A DNA stretch of 64,000 nucleotides from an uncultured Methylomirabilota bacterium (GCA_963705305.1 OY970067.1:544001-608000), one strand, 5' to 3'. Positions 28,486 to 42,052 are shown, counted from the first letter of the stretch. Made by a program: numbers and translations. Notes: a model not told the origin generated them from the letters alone.

Positions 28486-28932
28486 CTACTCCTCTTCCTC
28501 CTGTTCCATGATATCGATCTCGCCCAGATCCTCCAGCCCCTCCTCCTCGAACTCGTTCATAAGGAGGTCCTCGGCCGCGCTCTCCGCCGCCGGGGCCTCC
28601 GCGACCGGCTCTTCCTCTTCGGTGGCCACCTCCGCCTCGGCCAGCACCTCCTCCGCCACCACCTCTTCGGCGCTGAGACTGCGGTACCAGGTGGGCTTGG
28701 CGGCCGCCTCGCTCAGCTCACGCGCCATGGTGCCCTCGATAGGCTCGATCTCGTAGCCCAGCTTGCCGGCGGCCATCTCTTCCAAAGCCTGGTAGGTGGG
28801 CTTGACGTTGCGCGCCTGCACCAGGGAAGCGGCCCCGCGCCCCAACTGCTTGGCTCGCTTGGCAGCCACGATGACCAGTCGATACTTGCTGTCCACGTGC
28901 TCCATCAGATCCTCGATCGGTAGCTGCGCCAT
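28486..28932 (-). CDS. rpoZ: RNA polymerase omega subunit with acidic C-terminal extension
   Basis: [25 protein letters not shown]; follows gmk. Confidence 0.93.
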   Translation of the reverse strand: MAQLPIEDLMEHVDSKYRLVIVAAKRAKQLGRGAASLVQARNVKPTYQALEEMAAGKLGYEIEPIEGTMARELSEAAAKPTWYRSLSAEEVVAEEVLAEAEVATEEEEPVAEAPAAESAAEDLLMNEFEEEGLEDLGEIDIMEQEEEE

Positions 28933-28968
28933 GCCTGCGACTCCCCTCGTCGCCCCCCGTCGGGGGGC

Positions 28969-29569
28969 TCACGTGTCCAGGAACCCCAGGTCCACCCGGC
29001 TGCTCCGACGGCGCTCGGCCACCAGAATGGCTCGCAGCTCCTCGGCGGCCCGGGCGAACACATCGTTCACGATGATATATTGGTACTCGCGATAGTGCCG
29101 GACTTCCTCCCGCGCCCTGCGGAGCCGGCGCTGAATGTCCGCCTCCGCATCGCTCTCGCGCCGGCGCAGTCGCTCTCCTAGCTCCTGCCAGGACGGCGGC
29201 ACGACGAAAACGAGAACCCCGTCCGGGTGCTTCTCCCGCAGGATCGAGGCGCCTTGCGTGTCGATGTCCAGGATGACATCCCGCCCCGCGCGCCAATGCT
29301 CCTCCAGGAGCGCCCGCGACGTCCCGTACAAGTGCCCGTGGACCTCGGCCCACTCTTCGAACTCGCCCCGCTCGGTCATCCGCCGGAAAGCGGCTTCGGT
29401 CACAAAACGGTAATCCCGGCCGTTCTCCTCGTGCGGACGGGGCGGCCGCGTGGTGTAGGAGACCGAGTGGGCGATCCCCTGCACCTCGTGAACCAGCCAC
29501 CGGCAGAGAGAACGTCTTCCCCGCACCCGACGGGGCCGAGACCACAATCAGCAACGGCTGGGGTCTCAC
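28969..29569 (-). CDS. gmk: Guanylate kinase, interrupted by an apparent +1 frameshift at about 29511 (probable sequencing error)
   Basis: VVSAPSGAGKT in one frame; SLCR...SVSYTTRPPRPHE, EWAEVHGHLYGT, LDIDTQG in another; junction AAG ACG T TCT CTC. Confidence 0.9.
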
Positions 29570-29594
29570 GCGTTCCGCCTCTCCCGCACCCACC

Positions 29595-29894
29595 TCAGCC
29601 GCGGTCCCGTGGTTCCTCCACCCCTCCCAGGCGCTGGGCCAGGGTGCTCGACTGGATGGCGGAGAGAATGATGTGTCCGCTGTCGGTCACGATCAGGGTC
29701 TGAGTCCGGCGACCGCAGGTGGCGTCGACCAGCCGTCCCCCCTCCCGCGCGTCGTCCCGCAGGCGCTTCATCGGCTCGGAGAAGACGGCCTTCGAGTCCT
29801 TGGAGGAGCGGGCGCTCAGGATGGCCACGACCCGGGAGCGGAGGACCACGTTGCCGAATCCGATATTGAGAATCTCCCCGGACAGCGCGCTCAT
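29595..29894 (-). CDS. remA: DUF370 / RemA-family regulatory protein
   Basis: [30 protein letters not shown]. Confidence 0.9.
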   Translation of the reverse strand: MSALSGEILNIGFGNVVLRSRVVAILSARSSKDSKAVFSEPMKRLRDDAREGGRLVDATCGRRTQTLIVTDSGHIILSAIQSSTLAQRLGGVEEPRDRG

Positions 29895-29975
29895 CCGTGT
29901 CTCTCCGCGCCCCCCTGCCGACGGCCCATCGCCCGGCGCATCCGCATCCCGGCTCCCTCCGGACCTCCGGGCCGA

Positions 29976-30842
29976 CTACTCGATGTTCTGGACCTGCTCC
30001 CGCAGGCGCTCCAGGGCGGCCTTGAGTCCCACCACCTCGTGCGCCAGCGCCGCGTCACCGACCTTCGAGCCGGTTGTGTTGGCCTCCCGGTGCATCTCCT
30101 GCAGCAGGAATTCCAACCGGCGGCCCTGCTGCCCGGCCTGGCCCAGGGCTTCCCGGAACTGGGCCACGTGGCTCCGCAGTCGCTCGCACTCCTCGGCGAT
30201 GTCGCTCCGCTCTGCCAGGAGAGCCACCTCTTGCTCCAGCCGCACGGGATCCGGGAGGCGCCCGTCCAAAAGCTCCGCCACCCGCTCGCGCAGCCGGTCC
30301 CGCTGGATGGCCACCAAAGACGGGGCCCGGGCAATCAGGCGAGCAACGGTCGCTTCGACCTCCCCCAGGTGAGCCTCGAGGGCCGCCGCCAGGGCCGCGC
30401 CCTCCCGCTGCCGCATGGCCTCCAGAGCATCCAGGGCGGCGGTCACGGCCGGCGCCAGCTCGGTCCAAGCCCCCTCCAGGGACTCCTCCGGCTCCTCCAC
30501 GGTGATGAGCTCCCGCTGGGCCGCCAGCTGCTCCAGGGTGACATCGCCGGGAAGATCGAGTTCGCGTTGCAGCGTGCGCAGGGCCTCAACGTACTGGCGG
30601 GCCAGGGTCAGATCCACCCGCAACGTCCGCCCGGAGCCCTCCAGGGCCTGTTCCTGCACCGCCACCTCAAAGTGGCCGCGGGCAAAGCGCTGCTGGATTG
30701 CCCGCTGGACACGCGGCTCCAGGCTGAGCAGGCGCTTGGGAAGCCGGCAGCGGACCTCCAGGAATCGGTGATTGACGGACTGGACCTCCACGGTGAAGCT
30801 CCGCCGGGCCCCGCCGGCCTCCCCGCGACCGAAGCCGGTCAT
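29976..30842 (-). CDS. yicC: YicC/YloC family endoribonuclease
   Basis: MTGFGRG, SVNHRFLE, DIAEECERL, GRRLEFLLQEMHREANT, REQVQNIE. Confidence 0.95.
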   Translation of the reverse strand: MTGFGRGEAGGARRSFTVEVQSVNHRFLEVRCRLPKRLLSLEPRVQRAIQQRFARGHFEVAVQEQALEGSGRTLRVDLTLARQYVEALRTLQRELDLPGDVTLEQLAAQRELITVEEPEESLEGAWTELAPAVTAALDALEAMRQREGAALAAALEAHLGEVEATVARLIARAPSLVAIQRDRLRERVAELLDGRLPDPVRLEQEVALLAERSDIAEECERLRSHVAQFREALGQAGQQGRRLEFLLQEMHREANTTGSKVGDAALAHEVVGLKAALERLREQVQNIE

Positions 30843-30910
30843 GCTGCATCGTCTTGCAGTTCCGCCGCTTGCCGTATGGCCTCCCGCGATTGCCCTGAAC
30901 CAGACCTGAT

Positions 30911-30973
30911 ACCCTAACCCGGGCGATCAGGAAAGTCAAATACCTTGACAAATACCCTCTCCTCCAATATCGT
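30911..30973. promoter_or_regulatory. Back-to-back divergent sigma70 promoters (yicC and FmdB-like gene)
   Basis: Minus: TTGACT-17-TAGGGT; plus: TTGACA(30945)-17-TATCGT. Confidence 0.5.
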
Positions 30974-31011
30974 TCATCGGATGTCCCTGGATGAGAAGGA
31001 GGGTGATGCAC

Positions 31012-31296
31012 GTGCCGATTTACGAATACGAGTGCGAGTCCTGCCAGCACCGATTCGAAGTCATCCAGAAGTTCAGCGACAAACCCTTGAAAAAGTGCAG
31101 CCAGTGCGGCGGACCCATCCACCGGGTCCTGTCTCCCCCCGCCCTGATGTTCAAAGGCAGTGGCTGGTACGTCACCGACTACGCCAAGCCGGAGAGACTG
31201 AAGAAGGAGCGGCAGGCCGGCAGCGACGGTAACGGCTCGAAGGCTGAATCCTCCGCTTCCAAGACCACCACCCCAGCCAGCAAATCCGAGGTCTAA
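31012..31296 (+). CDS. FmdB family zinc ribbon protein
   Basis: PIYEYECESC...CSQCGG...FKGSGWYVTDY; AAGGAGG RBS. Confidence 0.92.
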   Translation: MPIYEYECESCQHRFEVIQKFSDKPLKKCSQCGGPIHRVLSPPALMFKGSGWYVTDYAKPERLKKERQAGSDGNGSKAESSASKTTTPASKSEV

Positions 31297-31353
31297 CCGC
31301 GGCGCGCCACTCCTCGGCTCCCCGGTCCTACGGCCCGCCCCCCGTCCTGGTTT

Positions 31354-33039
31354 TCAGGCAGAATGCGCCAGGAGCGCTTGGACGTGCGGGACCAGATTCG
31401 CCGGCGCCGCGGTGCTCTCCTCCCCGGTGCGGCGGCGGGCCTCCACCACCCCTTCCTTCACCGCCCGACCGCCCACCGTCACGCGCAGGGGAATGCCCAG
31501 CAGATCTGCATCCTTGAATTTCACGCCGGGACGCTCATCGCGATCATCGAAGAGGACCTCCAGGTTGGCGCGGCACAGGTCGGCGTAGGCCCGTTCGGCC
31601 AGCGCATTCATCGCGGCATCCCGGCTGTTGACCACCAGCAGGTGGACCTGAAACGGGGCGATGGCGTCCGGCCAGATGATGCCGTGTTGGTCGTGCCCCT
31701 GTTCGATGGCGGCAGCGGCGATGCGTGCCGGTCCGATGCCGTAGCTCCCCATGACGACGGGCCGCTCCTGCCCCTGCTCATCCAGGTAGACCGCCCGCAG
31801 CGGGACCGAGTACTTCGTGCCGAGCTTGAAGATATTCCCCACCTCGATGACCGGCTCCACCCTGAGCTTCGCCCCGCACGTAATGCAGCCGTCCCCGGCC
31901 TTGGCGGCGCGCAGGTCGACGAACTCCGCCTGGAAGTGCTGGCCAGGAACCACGCCCCGCAGGTGCGTATCCGGCTTGTTGGCCCCCGCTACGTAGCAGC
32001 CGGTCCGGAGACAGGCATCGGCGATGATGCGGATGGCGAGGCCCACCGGGCCGACGAAGCCCGCCTCCACCCCCGTGGCCTCCCGGATCTCGTCTCCTTG
32101 GGCGGGGCGGAACGGCCCCACCACCCGCTGGAGCTTCCGCTCATGGAGCTGCTGGTCGCCTCGCACCAACGCAAGCATCGGCCCGCTCTCCGCCACCACC
32201 ACCAACGACTTGATGGTCAGCGCCGGATCGATCCCCAGGAAACTACTCACCCCCTGGATCGTGCGGGTATGGGGGGTGTTCACCGCTTCCAGGGGCCAGG
32301 CAGGGAAGGTCGGCTGCGGCGCATGCGAGCGTGCCAGCTCCACATTGGCCGCGTAGCCGCAGGACGAACACAGGGCCACCTGATCCTCGCCGGCCGGACT
32401 GGGAGCCATGAATTCGTGCGAGCCCGCCCCGCCCATCATCCCGGGATCGCTCTCCACCACGTAGGCGGTGATGCCGCACCGCTTGAAGATGCGGCAGTAG
32501 GCCTGCCGGTGGGCCTCGTACTGCTTTTCCAGTCCGGCCTCGTCCCGGTCCAGGCTGTAGGAGTCCTTCATCACGAACTCCCGCGTTCTCAGGACACCGC
32601 TCTTGGGCCTGGCCTCGTCCCGCTCCTTGGTCTGGATCTGGTACCACGACTGGGGCAGGTCCCGGTAGGAGCGGACCTCGCGCGCCGCCAGCCAGGCCAC
32701 CACTTCTTCATGGGTCATCCCCAGGCACATGTCGCGCTGGTTCCGGTCCTTGAGGCGGAACATCTCTCCGCCGATGGTGTCCCAGCGGCCCGATTGCTGC
32801 CAGAGCTCCGCCGGGTGGATGACCGGCATGGTGATCTCCTGAGCCCCGATGCCGTTCATCTCCTCCCGGATGATGGCCGTGATCTTGCCCATCACCCGCT
32901 GCCCCAGCGGCAGGTAGACGTAGATGCCTGCCGCCAGCTGGCGGACCAGCCCGGCCCGGATCATCAGCTTGTGGCTGATCGCCTCGGCGTCGGCCGGATC
33001 TTCCTTGAGGGTCGGGATGAGAGACCGTGACCAGCGCAT
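31354..33039 (-). CDS. proS: Proline--tRNA ligase
   Basis: SHKLMIRAG, MTHEE, REFVMKDSYS, EVGNIFKLGTKYS, MGSYGIG. Confidence 0.97.
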   Translation of the reverse strand: MRWSRSLIPTLKEDPADAEAISHKLMIRAGLVRQLAAGIYVYLPLGQRVMGKITAIIREEMNGIGAQEITMPVIHPAELWQQSGRWDTIGGEMFRLKDRNQRDMCLGMTHEEVVAWLAAREVRSYRDLPQSWYQIQTKERDEARPKSGVLRTREFVMKDSYSLDRDEAGLEKQYEAHRQAYCRIFKRCGITAYVVESDPGMMGGAGSHEFMAPSPAGEDQVALCSSCGYAANVELARSHAPQPTFPAWPLEAVNTPHTRTIQGVSSFLGIDPALTIKSLVVVAESGPMLALVRGDQQLHERKLQRVVGPFRPAQGDEIREATGVEAGFVGPVGLAIRIIADACLRTGCYVAGANKPDTHLRGVVPGQHFQAEFVDLRAAKAGDGCITCGAKLRVEPVIEVGNIFKLGTKYSVPLRAVYLDEQGQERPVVMGSYGIGPARIAAAAIEQGHDQHGIIWPDAIAPFQVHLLVVNSRDAAMNALAERAYADLCRANLEVLFDDRDERPGVKFKDADLLGIPLRVTVGGRAVKEGVVEARRRTGEESTAAPANLVPHVQALLAHSA

Positions 33040-33157
33040 CGCGTCGCTACTCCTTTGGCACGAGGCCGAATCATTCCGTCCGGCGGTTGGCGTCCCGAGG
33101 CACAAAAAGAGGAGGGCGCATGCCCCCCGGTCGGCCGCCCGCCCTGCGGGGCGCCCC

Positions 33158-34333
33158 TTACGGCTCCTCGGCGTGCGCCGCCAGGGCCTGAACCTCCTCC
33201 ACCAACACGTCCGCCAGCTCCGACTCCTTGACCTTGCGCACGATCTTTCCCTTCTTGATCAGGATCCCCACCCCATTGCCCCCGGCGATCCCGATGTCGG
33301 CACCCCGCGCCTCCCCCGGTCCGTTCACGGCGCACCCCATCACCGCCACATTGAGGGAGCGACGGATGTTGAGCCCCTCCAGGCGCCGCTCCACCTCCTT
33401 GGTCAGGTTCACCAAGTCGATTTCCACGCGACCGCAGGAGGGACAGGCGATGACATTGAGTCCCCGCTTGCGGAGCCCCAGCGCCTTCAGGATTTCGAAG
33501 CCGGCCCGCACCTCCTCGGTGGATTCCTCGGTCAGGCTCACCCGAATCGTGTCGCCGATCCCCTCAGCCAGCAGGGTTCCGATCCCCACGGCGGACTTGA
33601 TGGCCCCCGCGAAGGCGGTTCCCGCCTCGGTGACACCCAGGTGGAACGGATACGGGACCTTGTCGGCCAGCAGCCGGTACGCCTCGATCATCATCCGGGG
33701 ATCCGAGGACTTGAGGGAGACCTTCATCTCGGGGTAGTTGAGGTCCTCCAGGATCCGGATGTGGAACAGCGCACTCTCCACCATGGCCTCGGACGTGGGC
33801 TCTCCAAATCGCTGCAGGAGGTGCTTCTCCAGCGAGCCGGCGTTGACGCCGATGCGGATCGGTACTTTGCGCTCCGCCGCCGCCCGGGTGACCTCCTGCA
33901 CGCGCCACGTCGCTCCGATGTTGCCGGGATTGATGCGCAGGCAGTCGACGCCGGCCGCCAGACACTGGAGCGCCAGGCGATAGTCGAAGTGGATGTCCAC
34001 GATGAGCGGGATCCGGATCTGGGACCGAATGGCCGGCACCGCTGCCGCCGCGTCCGCGTCCGGCACGGCGATCCGGACGATGTCGCAGCCGGCCGCTTCC
34101 AGGGCCCAGATCTGGTCGACCGTCGCCTGGGCGTCCCGGGTGTCGGTCTTGGTCATCGACTGGACCGAGATGGGCGCATCGCCGCCCACTGCGATCTTCC
34201 CTACGTGGATCCGACGGGTGGGACGCCGGGCGAAGCGTCGAGCCGGCGCGATCGAAAGGGTTGGCACTTCAGTGAAGGGGGCGAAGTCCACCGCCTCGCG
34301 CTCCCCGATGCCGGAGACTCCTGCAGTATTCAT
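33158..34333 (-). CDS. ispG: HMBPP synthase (MEP pathway)
   Basis: SVQSMT, DIHF, RINPGN, RIGVNAGS, GDTIRVSL, CPSCGR, MGCAVNGPGE. Confidence 0.97.
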   Translation of the reverse strand: MNTAGVSGIGEREAVDFAPFTEVPTLSIAPARRFARRPTRRIHVGKIAVGGDAPISVQSMTKTDTRDAQATVDQIWALEAAGCDIVRIAVPDADAAAAVPAIRSQIRIPLIVDIHFDYRLALQCLAAGVDCLRINPGNIGATWRVQEVTRAAAERKVPIRIGVNAGSLEKHLLQRFGEPTSEAMVESALFHIRILEDLNYPEMKVSLKSSDPRMMIEAYRLLADKVPYPFHLGVTEAGTAFAGAIKSAVGIGTLLAEGIGDTIRVSLTEESTEEVRAGFEILKALGLRKRGLNVIACPSCGRVEIDLVNLTKEVERRLEGLNIRRSLNVAVMGCAVNGPGEARGADIGIAGGNGVGILIKKGKIVRKVKESELADVLVEEVQALAAHAEEP

Positions 34334-35667
34334 GGATGCCCCAACCAGCGGAAGATATCGTTGTAGAACGCGAATACCATGAGAGCGATCAGCAGGAACA
34401 TGCCCACCTGCTGGGCGATCTCCCGCTTGCGCAGGCTGACCGGCTTCCCTCGCAGCCACTCGATCAGCGAGAAGAGCAGGTGTCCGCCGTCCAGCACCGG
34501 GATCGGCAGCAGGTTCAAGATGGCCAAATTCACCGACAGGAATGCGGCGAAAGACAAAAGCTCCACCAACCCCTGATGGGCCACCTCCCCTGCCAGCTGG
34601 ACGATCAGGATCGGCCCCCCGATGGTCTGGGGCGAAATCTTGGCTTCGATGAGCTTGATGAATCCCTGCACGATCAAAACGGTCATGTCCGCCGTCTTTC
34701 GGATCCCCGCCACCAGAGCTGCCGCCGGGTTCAGCCGCCGGTAGCGGGAGTCAGGCGCCGGCCCGATCCCGATGAGGCCGATCTTCTCCTCCCCCTGGGG
34801 CCCCATCTGATGGGTCGGCTGCGGCGTCACTTCCACGCTCAACTGCTTCCCGTTCCGCTCGGCCGTGACGCGCATGGCCTTCCCCGGGCTGGCATGAATC
34901 GCCGCGGCCAGCTGCTCCCATTCGGTCACCGGCGTCCCGTTCAAGGCTACGATCCGATCGCCGGGCTGGAGACCGGCCCGCTCGGCTGGCTGCCCGGGCA
35001 TCACTTGACCGATGCGGGTAGAGACGAGCGGGTGCAGCCCCAGGTCCCAGATCTTTGTCGGCTGGCCGAAGATGTCCCTCGTCTCCAGTGCCCGCGGCGC
35101 CATCGGGATCGTCAATTCCCGCCCGTCGCGCCGAACGGTCAGGGTCAGCCCGCGCCCGGTGGACGCCCGGAGGGAGGCATCGATCTGATCCCAGCGGCTG
35201 ATCGGGGCGCCATCGACGGCCTCGATTCGATCTCCGGCGAGCAGGCCCGCCTGGGCCGCCGGAGACCCCGGATCGGGCGACCCTGTAACCGGCGGGAAGT
35301 AGCTCTGGCCGACGAAGACGAACACCCCCCAGAAGAGCAGGACGGGCAGAATAAAGTTGGCAGCCGGACCCGCCAGAATGATGAGCGAGCGGATCCCGAC
35401 AGGTCGCAGGGAAAAGGACCGCTTCGGGTCGGCGGCCTCGGCCGATTCATCACTCGGGTCCTCTCCGATCATCTTCACGTAGCCGCCCAGCGGCAAGGCG
35501 GAAAGGAGATATTCCGTCTCCCCCTTCTTCACGCCGACCAACTTAGGCCCAAACCCCAGGGAAAACTTCAGGACCCCGACCCCCGACCGCTTGGCCACCA
35601 GGAAGTGACCCAGCTCGTGGACGAAGATCAGCAGGCCCAGCACCAGAATCGCTGCCAGAATGTTCAT
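34330..35667 (-). CDS. rseP: RIP metalloprotease RseP
   Basis: HELGH, two PDZ domains, NLLPIPVLDGG. Confidence 0.96.
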   Translation of the reverse strand: MNILAAILVLGLLIFVHELGHFLVAKRSGVGVLKFSLGFGPKLVGVKKGETEYLLSALPLGGYVKMIGEDPSDESAEAADPKRSFSLRPVGIRSLIILAGPAANFILPVLLFWGVFVFVGQSYFPPVTGSPDPGSPAAQAGLLAGDRIEAVDGAPISRWDQIDASLRASTGRGLTLTVRRDGRELTIPMAPRALETRDIFGQPTKIWDLGLHPLVSTRIGQVMPGQPAERAGLQPGDRIVALNGTPVTEWEQLAAAIHASPGKAMRVTAERNGKQLSVEVTPQPTHQMGPQGEEKIGLIGIGPAPDSRYRRLNPAAALVAGIRKTADMTVLIVQGFIKLIEAKISPQTIGGPILIVQLAGEVAHQGLVELLSFAAFLSVNLAILNLLPIPVLDGGHLLFSLIEWLRGKPVSLRKREIAQQVGMFLLIALMVFAFYNDIFRWLGHP

Positions 35668-35710
35668 CCCAACTCCATGCGCGCACCGTGGGGCGCCCCG
35701 CGTGCTGGCG

Positions 35711-36853
35711 TTATCCCTCCGCCAGGCGACACCGGACCTCCCGGTCCACCTCCAGGACGTCCTCTATGCTTTGCACGTGCCGTCGCGGGTGGAGGTCCAG
35801 CGCCTTGCGGATCACGCCCGGGATCTCGTCGAAACCGATGCGCCGATCCAGGAACCACTGCACGGCCACCTCGTTGGCGGCATTCAGCACGGCCGGCCAG
35901 GATCCCCCGGCCCGCGTCGCCTCGTAGGCCAGATCGAGGCAGGGGAATTTCTCGTGGTCTACCGTCTCGAACGTGAGACCGGACAGCTTCAGCAAATCCA
36001 GACGCTCGACCGGGCTCCAGCGGCGCTGGGGCCAGGTGAGGGCATATTGGATCGGCACCCGCATGTCGGGCACCCCCAACTGAGCCAGGATGGAGCCATC
36101 CACGAACTCGACCATGGAGTGGACGACGCTTTGGGGATGGATGATCACGTCCACTTGATCGACCGGAATATCGAACAGCCAGTGGGCCTCGATGACCTCC
36201 AGCCCCTTGTTCATCAGCGTGGCAGAGTCGATGGTCACCTTTCGGCCCATCTGCCACGTCGGATGTCTCAGCGCCGCGTCCGGCGTGATCTGCGAGAAGG
36301 CGGCGAGGGGCAGCGTGCGGAACGGTCCGCCCGAGGCCGTGAGGACAATCCGGCGCACGTCCGGCCTGCCGTGAGTCGCGAGGCATTGGAAGACGGCGGA
36401 ATGCTCGCTGTCCACCGGCAGGATGCGGACCTTCCGGGCCCGGGCCTCCGCGGTCATCAATTCTCCCGCGATGACGAGCGTCTCCTTGTTGGCCAGTGCC
36501 ACGTCCTTGCCGGCTCGGATGGCCGCCATGGTCGGGAGGAGTCCGGCCCCGCCGACGATGGCCGAAACCACCACGTCAGCCCCGGACGCTTCGGCCGCCT
36601 GGATCGATCCTTCCGTGCCCCACACCACCTCGGGGGCCTTCGATCCAAGTCGCCTCTCGAGTTCCCGTGCTCCGGCCTCGGTCCCCACGGATACCAAGCG
36701 GGGATGGTGGCGGTGGATCTGTTCGACCAGGATGTCCAGGCTCGAATTCGCTGCCAGGCCCACGATCTGGAAATGCTCCGGATGGGCCGCCACGACCTCC
36801 AGGGTGTGGGTGCCGATGGAGCCCGTGGACCCTAAGACTGCCAGGCGCTTCAT
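35711..36853 (-). CDS. dxr: 1-deoxy-D-xylulose-5-phosphate reductoisomerase
   Basis: LGSTGSIG, LANKE, PVDSEH, TASGGPFR, NKGLEVIEA. Confidence 0.98.
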   Translation of the reverse strand: MKRLAVLGSTGSIGTHTLEVVAAHPEHFQIVGLAANSSLDILVEQIHRHHPRLVSVGTEAGARELERRLGSKAPEVVWGTEGSIQAAEASGADVVVSAIVGGAGLLPTMAAIRAGKDVALANKETLVIAGELMTAEARARKVRILPVDSEHSAVFQCLATHGRPDVRRIVLTASGGPFRTLPLAAFSQITPDAALRHPTWQMGRKVTIDSATLMNKGLEVIEAHWLFDIPVDQVDVIIHPQSVVHSMVEFVDGSILAQLGVPDMRVPIQYALTWPQRRWSPVERLDLLKLSGLTFETVDHEKFPCLDLAYEATRAGGSWPAVLNAANEVAVQWFLDRRIGFDEIPGVIRKALDLHPRRHVQSIEDVLEVDREVRCRLAEG

Positions 36854-36988
36854 GAGAATTCCTTCCGAGCCCCCCGGTGGGCCGGCTCGGCGGTTGTCGC
36901 AACCGGGAACTCGCCTCCGGATTGCCTCCCGACTTGAAAAAACGGACAGATCTGATCCTGGTGCAGCCGTTTCGGGAGCGGGTTTTTA

Positions 36989-37017
36989 AGTATAGGAGAA
37001 GGAGCAACCGCCTGCAA
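36989..37017 (-). promoter_or_regulatory. Sigma70 promoter of dxr-rseP-ispG
   Basis: TTGCAG, 17 nt, TATACT. Confidence 0.55.
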
Positions 37018-37066
37018 GCAGTTTTGGTCGCCTCCTCACGGCAGAAAAGTCTTATGGGAAGAGAAG

Positions 37067-37402
37067 TTAGCGATTTCCGGGAGAGGGCGACAGCGGTGCG
37101 GCCGGTCGAAATTCATACACCAGCTCGCCCGGCTTGACCAAACCCAACTCTTCCCTGGCGATGGCTTCGATCCTGAAGGGATCCGTGCGGAGGGCGCGGA
37201 CCTCATCGGCCAGCGCCGCGTTCTCCGCATTCAGATCCCCGATCTCTCGCTCCAGGGCCGCCTTCTCCTGATGCATGCGATACAACTGCAACAGCCCTCG
37301 GTTGCCCATCACCGAGGCGGCCACGAGCAACAAGAGAAAGATCACAACCACGCGAAGGGTGCGGAACACACGCAACCGGTTCTCCCCGGGCAACAGCCCC
37401 AT
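37067..37402 (-). CDS. ftsB: Septum formation initiator FtsB/DivIC
   Basis: TM + coiled coil, IEAIAREELGLVKPGE; follows eno. Confidence 0.9.
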   Translation of the reverse strand: MGLLPGENRLRVFRTLRVVVIFLLLLVAASVMGNRGLLQLYRMHQEKAALEREIGDLNAENAALADEVRALRTDPFRIEAIAREELGLVKPGELVYEFRPAAPLSPSPGNR

Positions 37403-37524
37403 GAATCCCCCCGACATCATCCACGCCGACGGATCGGATGCCGCCGGCCATCCGCGCCGCCACAATCTTCACGATCACACAAGGCCCGCCAGCCTGACGC
37501 CGGAAACGCCGTCCGCCGCGTCGC

Positions 37525-40408
<2,884 letters not shown>

Positions 40409-40694
40409 CGCTAGACTGACCCTCGCCGCCGAAGGCGAAGTCAACTATCGCGCCCGCGGCCCCTTAGATCCCCCTCCCCCGCGACAGCATTTCCCCGACC
40501 CCGAGAGTGCGGCTTCCGCCCTCATGCCTCGGGACCCGCCCACACCCAGCCCCGACGCGCACGAACAGGGTCGCCGGAGTCGTCTCTCCGCCCCGAGCCG
40601 CTTCCGCCTGGCGCCGTTCCCGCCCCGGCTCACACGCGAACTATAGGCGGGGCCCACGAAGCTTGTCAAGGAACTTTGCCCGTTTGCCGCGGGG

Positions 40695-41831
40695 TTACGA
40701 GGCTGGCGACCCGATGGGGAGATAGACGCGGGGAACACGGCCGCTGATCTGACACAGGACCTCATAGCTGATGGTCCCCTGCACGCCCGCAATCTCCTCG
40801 GCGGTGATCGCTTCCGAATCCTGACGTCCGATCAGCACAACTTCGTCGCCCGCCCGTACGCCGGCCACCCCGGTAACATCCACCATGGTCATGTCCATGC
40901 AGATCCGACCGACGATGGGGACGCGCTGACCTCGGACCAGCGCCTGCCCCCGGTTGGACAGCGCGCGCGCGAGGCCGTCCGCATATCCGACGGGCAGTGT
41001 AGCGATGCGCATGTCCCGGGGGGCCACGAACGTGCGCCCATAGCTGACGCTTCGGCCCGCCGACAGGTCTTTCAGCTGGCTGATGCGCGTCCGGAAGCTG
41101 AGGGCCGGCCGGAGCGCCGGATCCGCCGGGCGCCACCCCACCCGCGGATCGCAGCCGTAGAGCATGATCCCGGGACGGACCAGGTCCAGGCGGGCCTCTG
41201 GGCAACCGAGCAGCGCCGCGCTGTTAGCCACATGCCGGGCGGGCACCGGAATCCCCGAGGCGCGCAGAAGGTCGATGGCCTCGCCGAAGCGTCCAAGCTG
41301 CTCCCGGGTGAAGCTGGGGTCCGCGGCGTCCGCCTCCGCGAAATGCGTCATGATTCCGGCCAGGCGGAGCGTGCTCAGCCCTCGGATTGCCGCGGCCAGA
41401 CGAGGGGCCTCCTTGGGGGTGACGCCCACGCGGCCCATGCCGGTATCCACCTTGAGGTGAACGGGGACGGACCCGCCGATGGCGCGAGCGGCCCGATCCA
41501 GCGGCTCGGCCTGCGAGAAGTCCGAGACACACTGATCCAATCGGTGAGAGACCGTCAGTTCCGCCTGCTCCCCATGAATAGGCCCCAACACAAGGATCGG
41601 GCAATGGATGCCCGCCGCCCGCAGGGGAATCGCCTCTTCCGGGATGGCCACTGCCAGCCGGGTCGCACCGGAGGCCAACGCCGCCCGGGCGACCGGTACC
41701 GCTCCGTGGCCGTATGCATCGGCCTTGACTACGGCCATCACAGCGGTTCTTGGACCGGCCAGCTTGCAGGCTAGGGCAACGTTACCAGCAATAGCCTCCA
41801 AGTCGATCTCTACGCGGGTTGGTCGTATCAT
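40695..41831 (-). CDS. alr: Alanine racemase
   Basis: AVVKADAYGHG, HLKVDTGMGR, GYADG, GRICMD. Confidence 0.97.
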   Translation of the reverse strand: MIRPTRVEIDLEAIAGNVALACKLAGPRTAVMAVVKADAYGHGAVPVARAALASGATRLAVAIPEEAIPLRAAGIHCPILVLGPIHGEQAELTVSHRLDQCVSDFSQAEPLDRAARAIGGSVPVHLKVDTGMGRVGVTPKEAPRLAAAIRGLSTLRLAGIMTHFAEADAADPSFTREQLGRFGEAIDLLRASGIPVPARHVANSAALLGCPEARLDLVRPGIMLYGCDPRVGWRPADPALRPALSFRTRISQLKDLSAGRSVSYGRTFVAPRDMRIATLPVGYADGLARALSNRGQALVRGQRVPIVGRICMDMTMVDVTGVAGVRAGDEVVLIGRQDSEAITAEEIAGVQGTISYEVLCQISGRVPRVYLPIGSPAS

Positions 41832-42052
41832 TTTCCAGTCCTCTCGGCGACTCATCCCCTGGGTCGCCAGCTCAGCACTCGCTTACAGGATGCCTGACGC
41901 CTTGGATTATTAGAGCCATCATCTGCACTGACAATGGATAATATTAGATTTTTAAGAGTAAAATATGGCAAAAAATCGAGATATACTCTTATGTTTAATA
42001 ATGGTAGTCATAAACATCCCGATTTTATCTCATTTTTCCTGAAATAAATGTC

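Noticed and set aside
41872..41898. Second CIRCE near the alr start (TCAGCACTC...)
   Set aside because: Only one half-site; right arm and spacing do not fit
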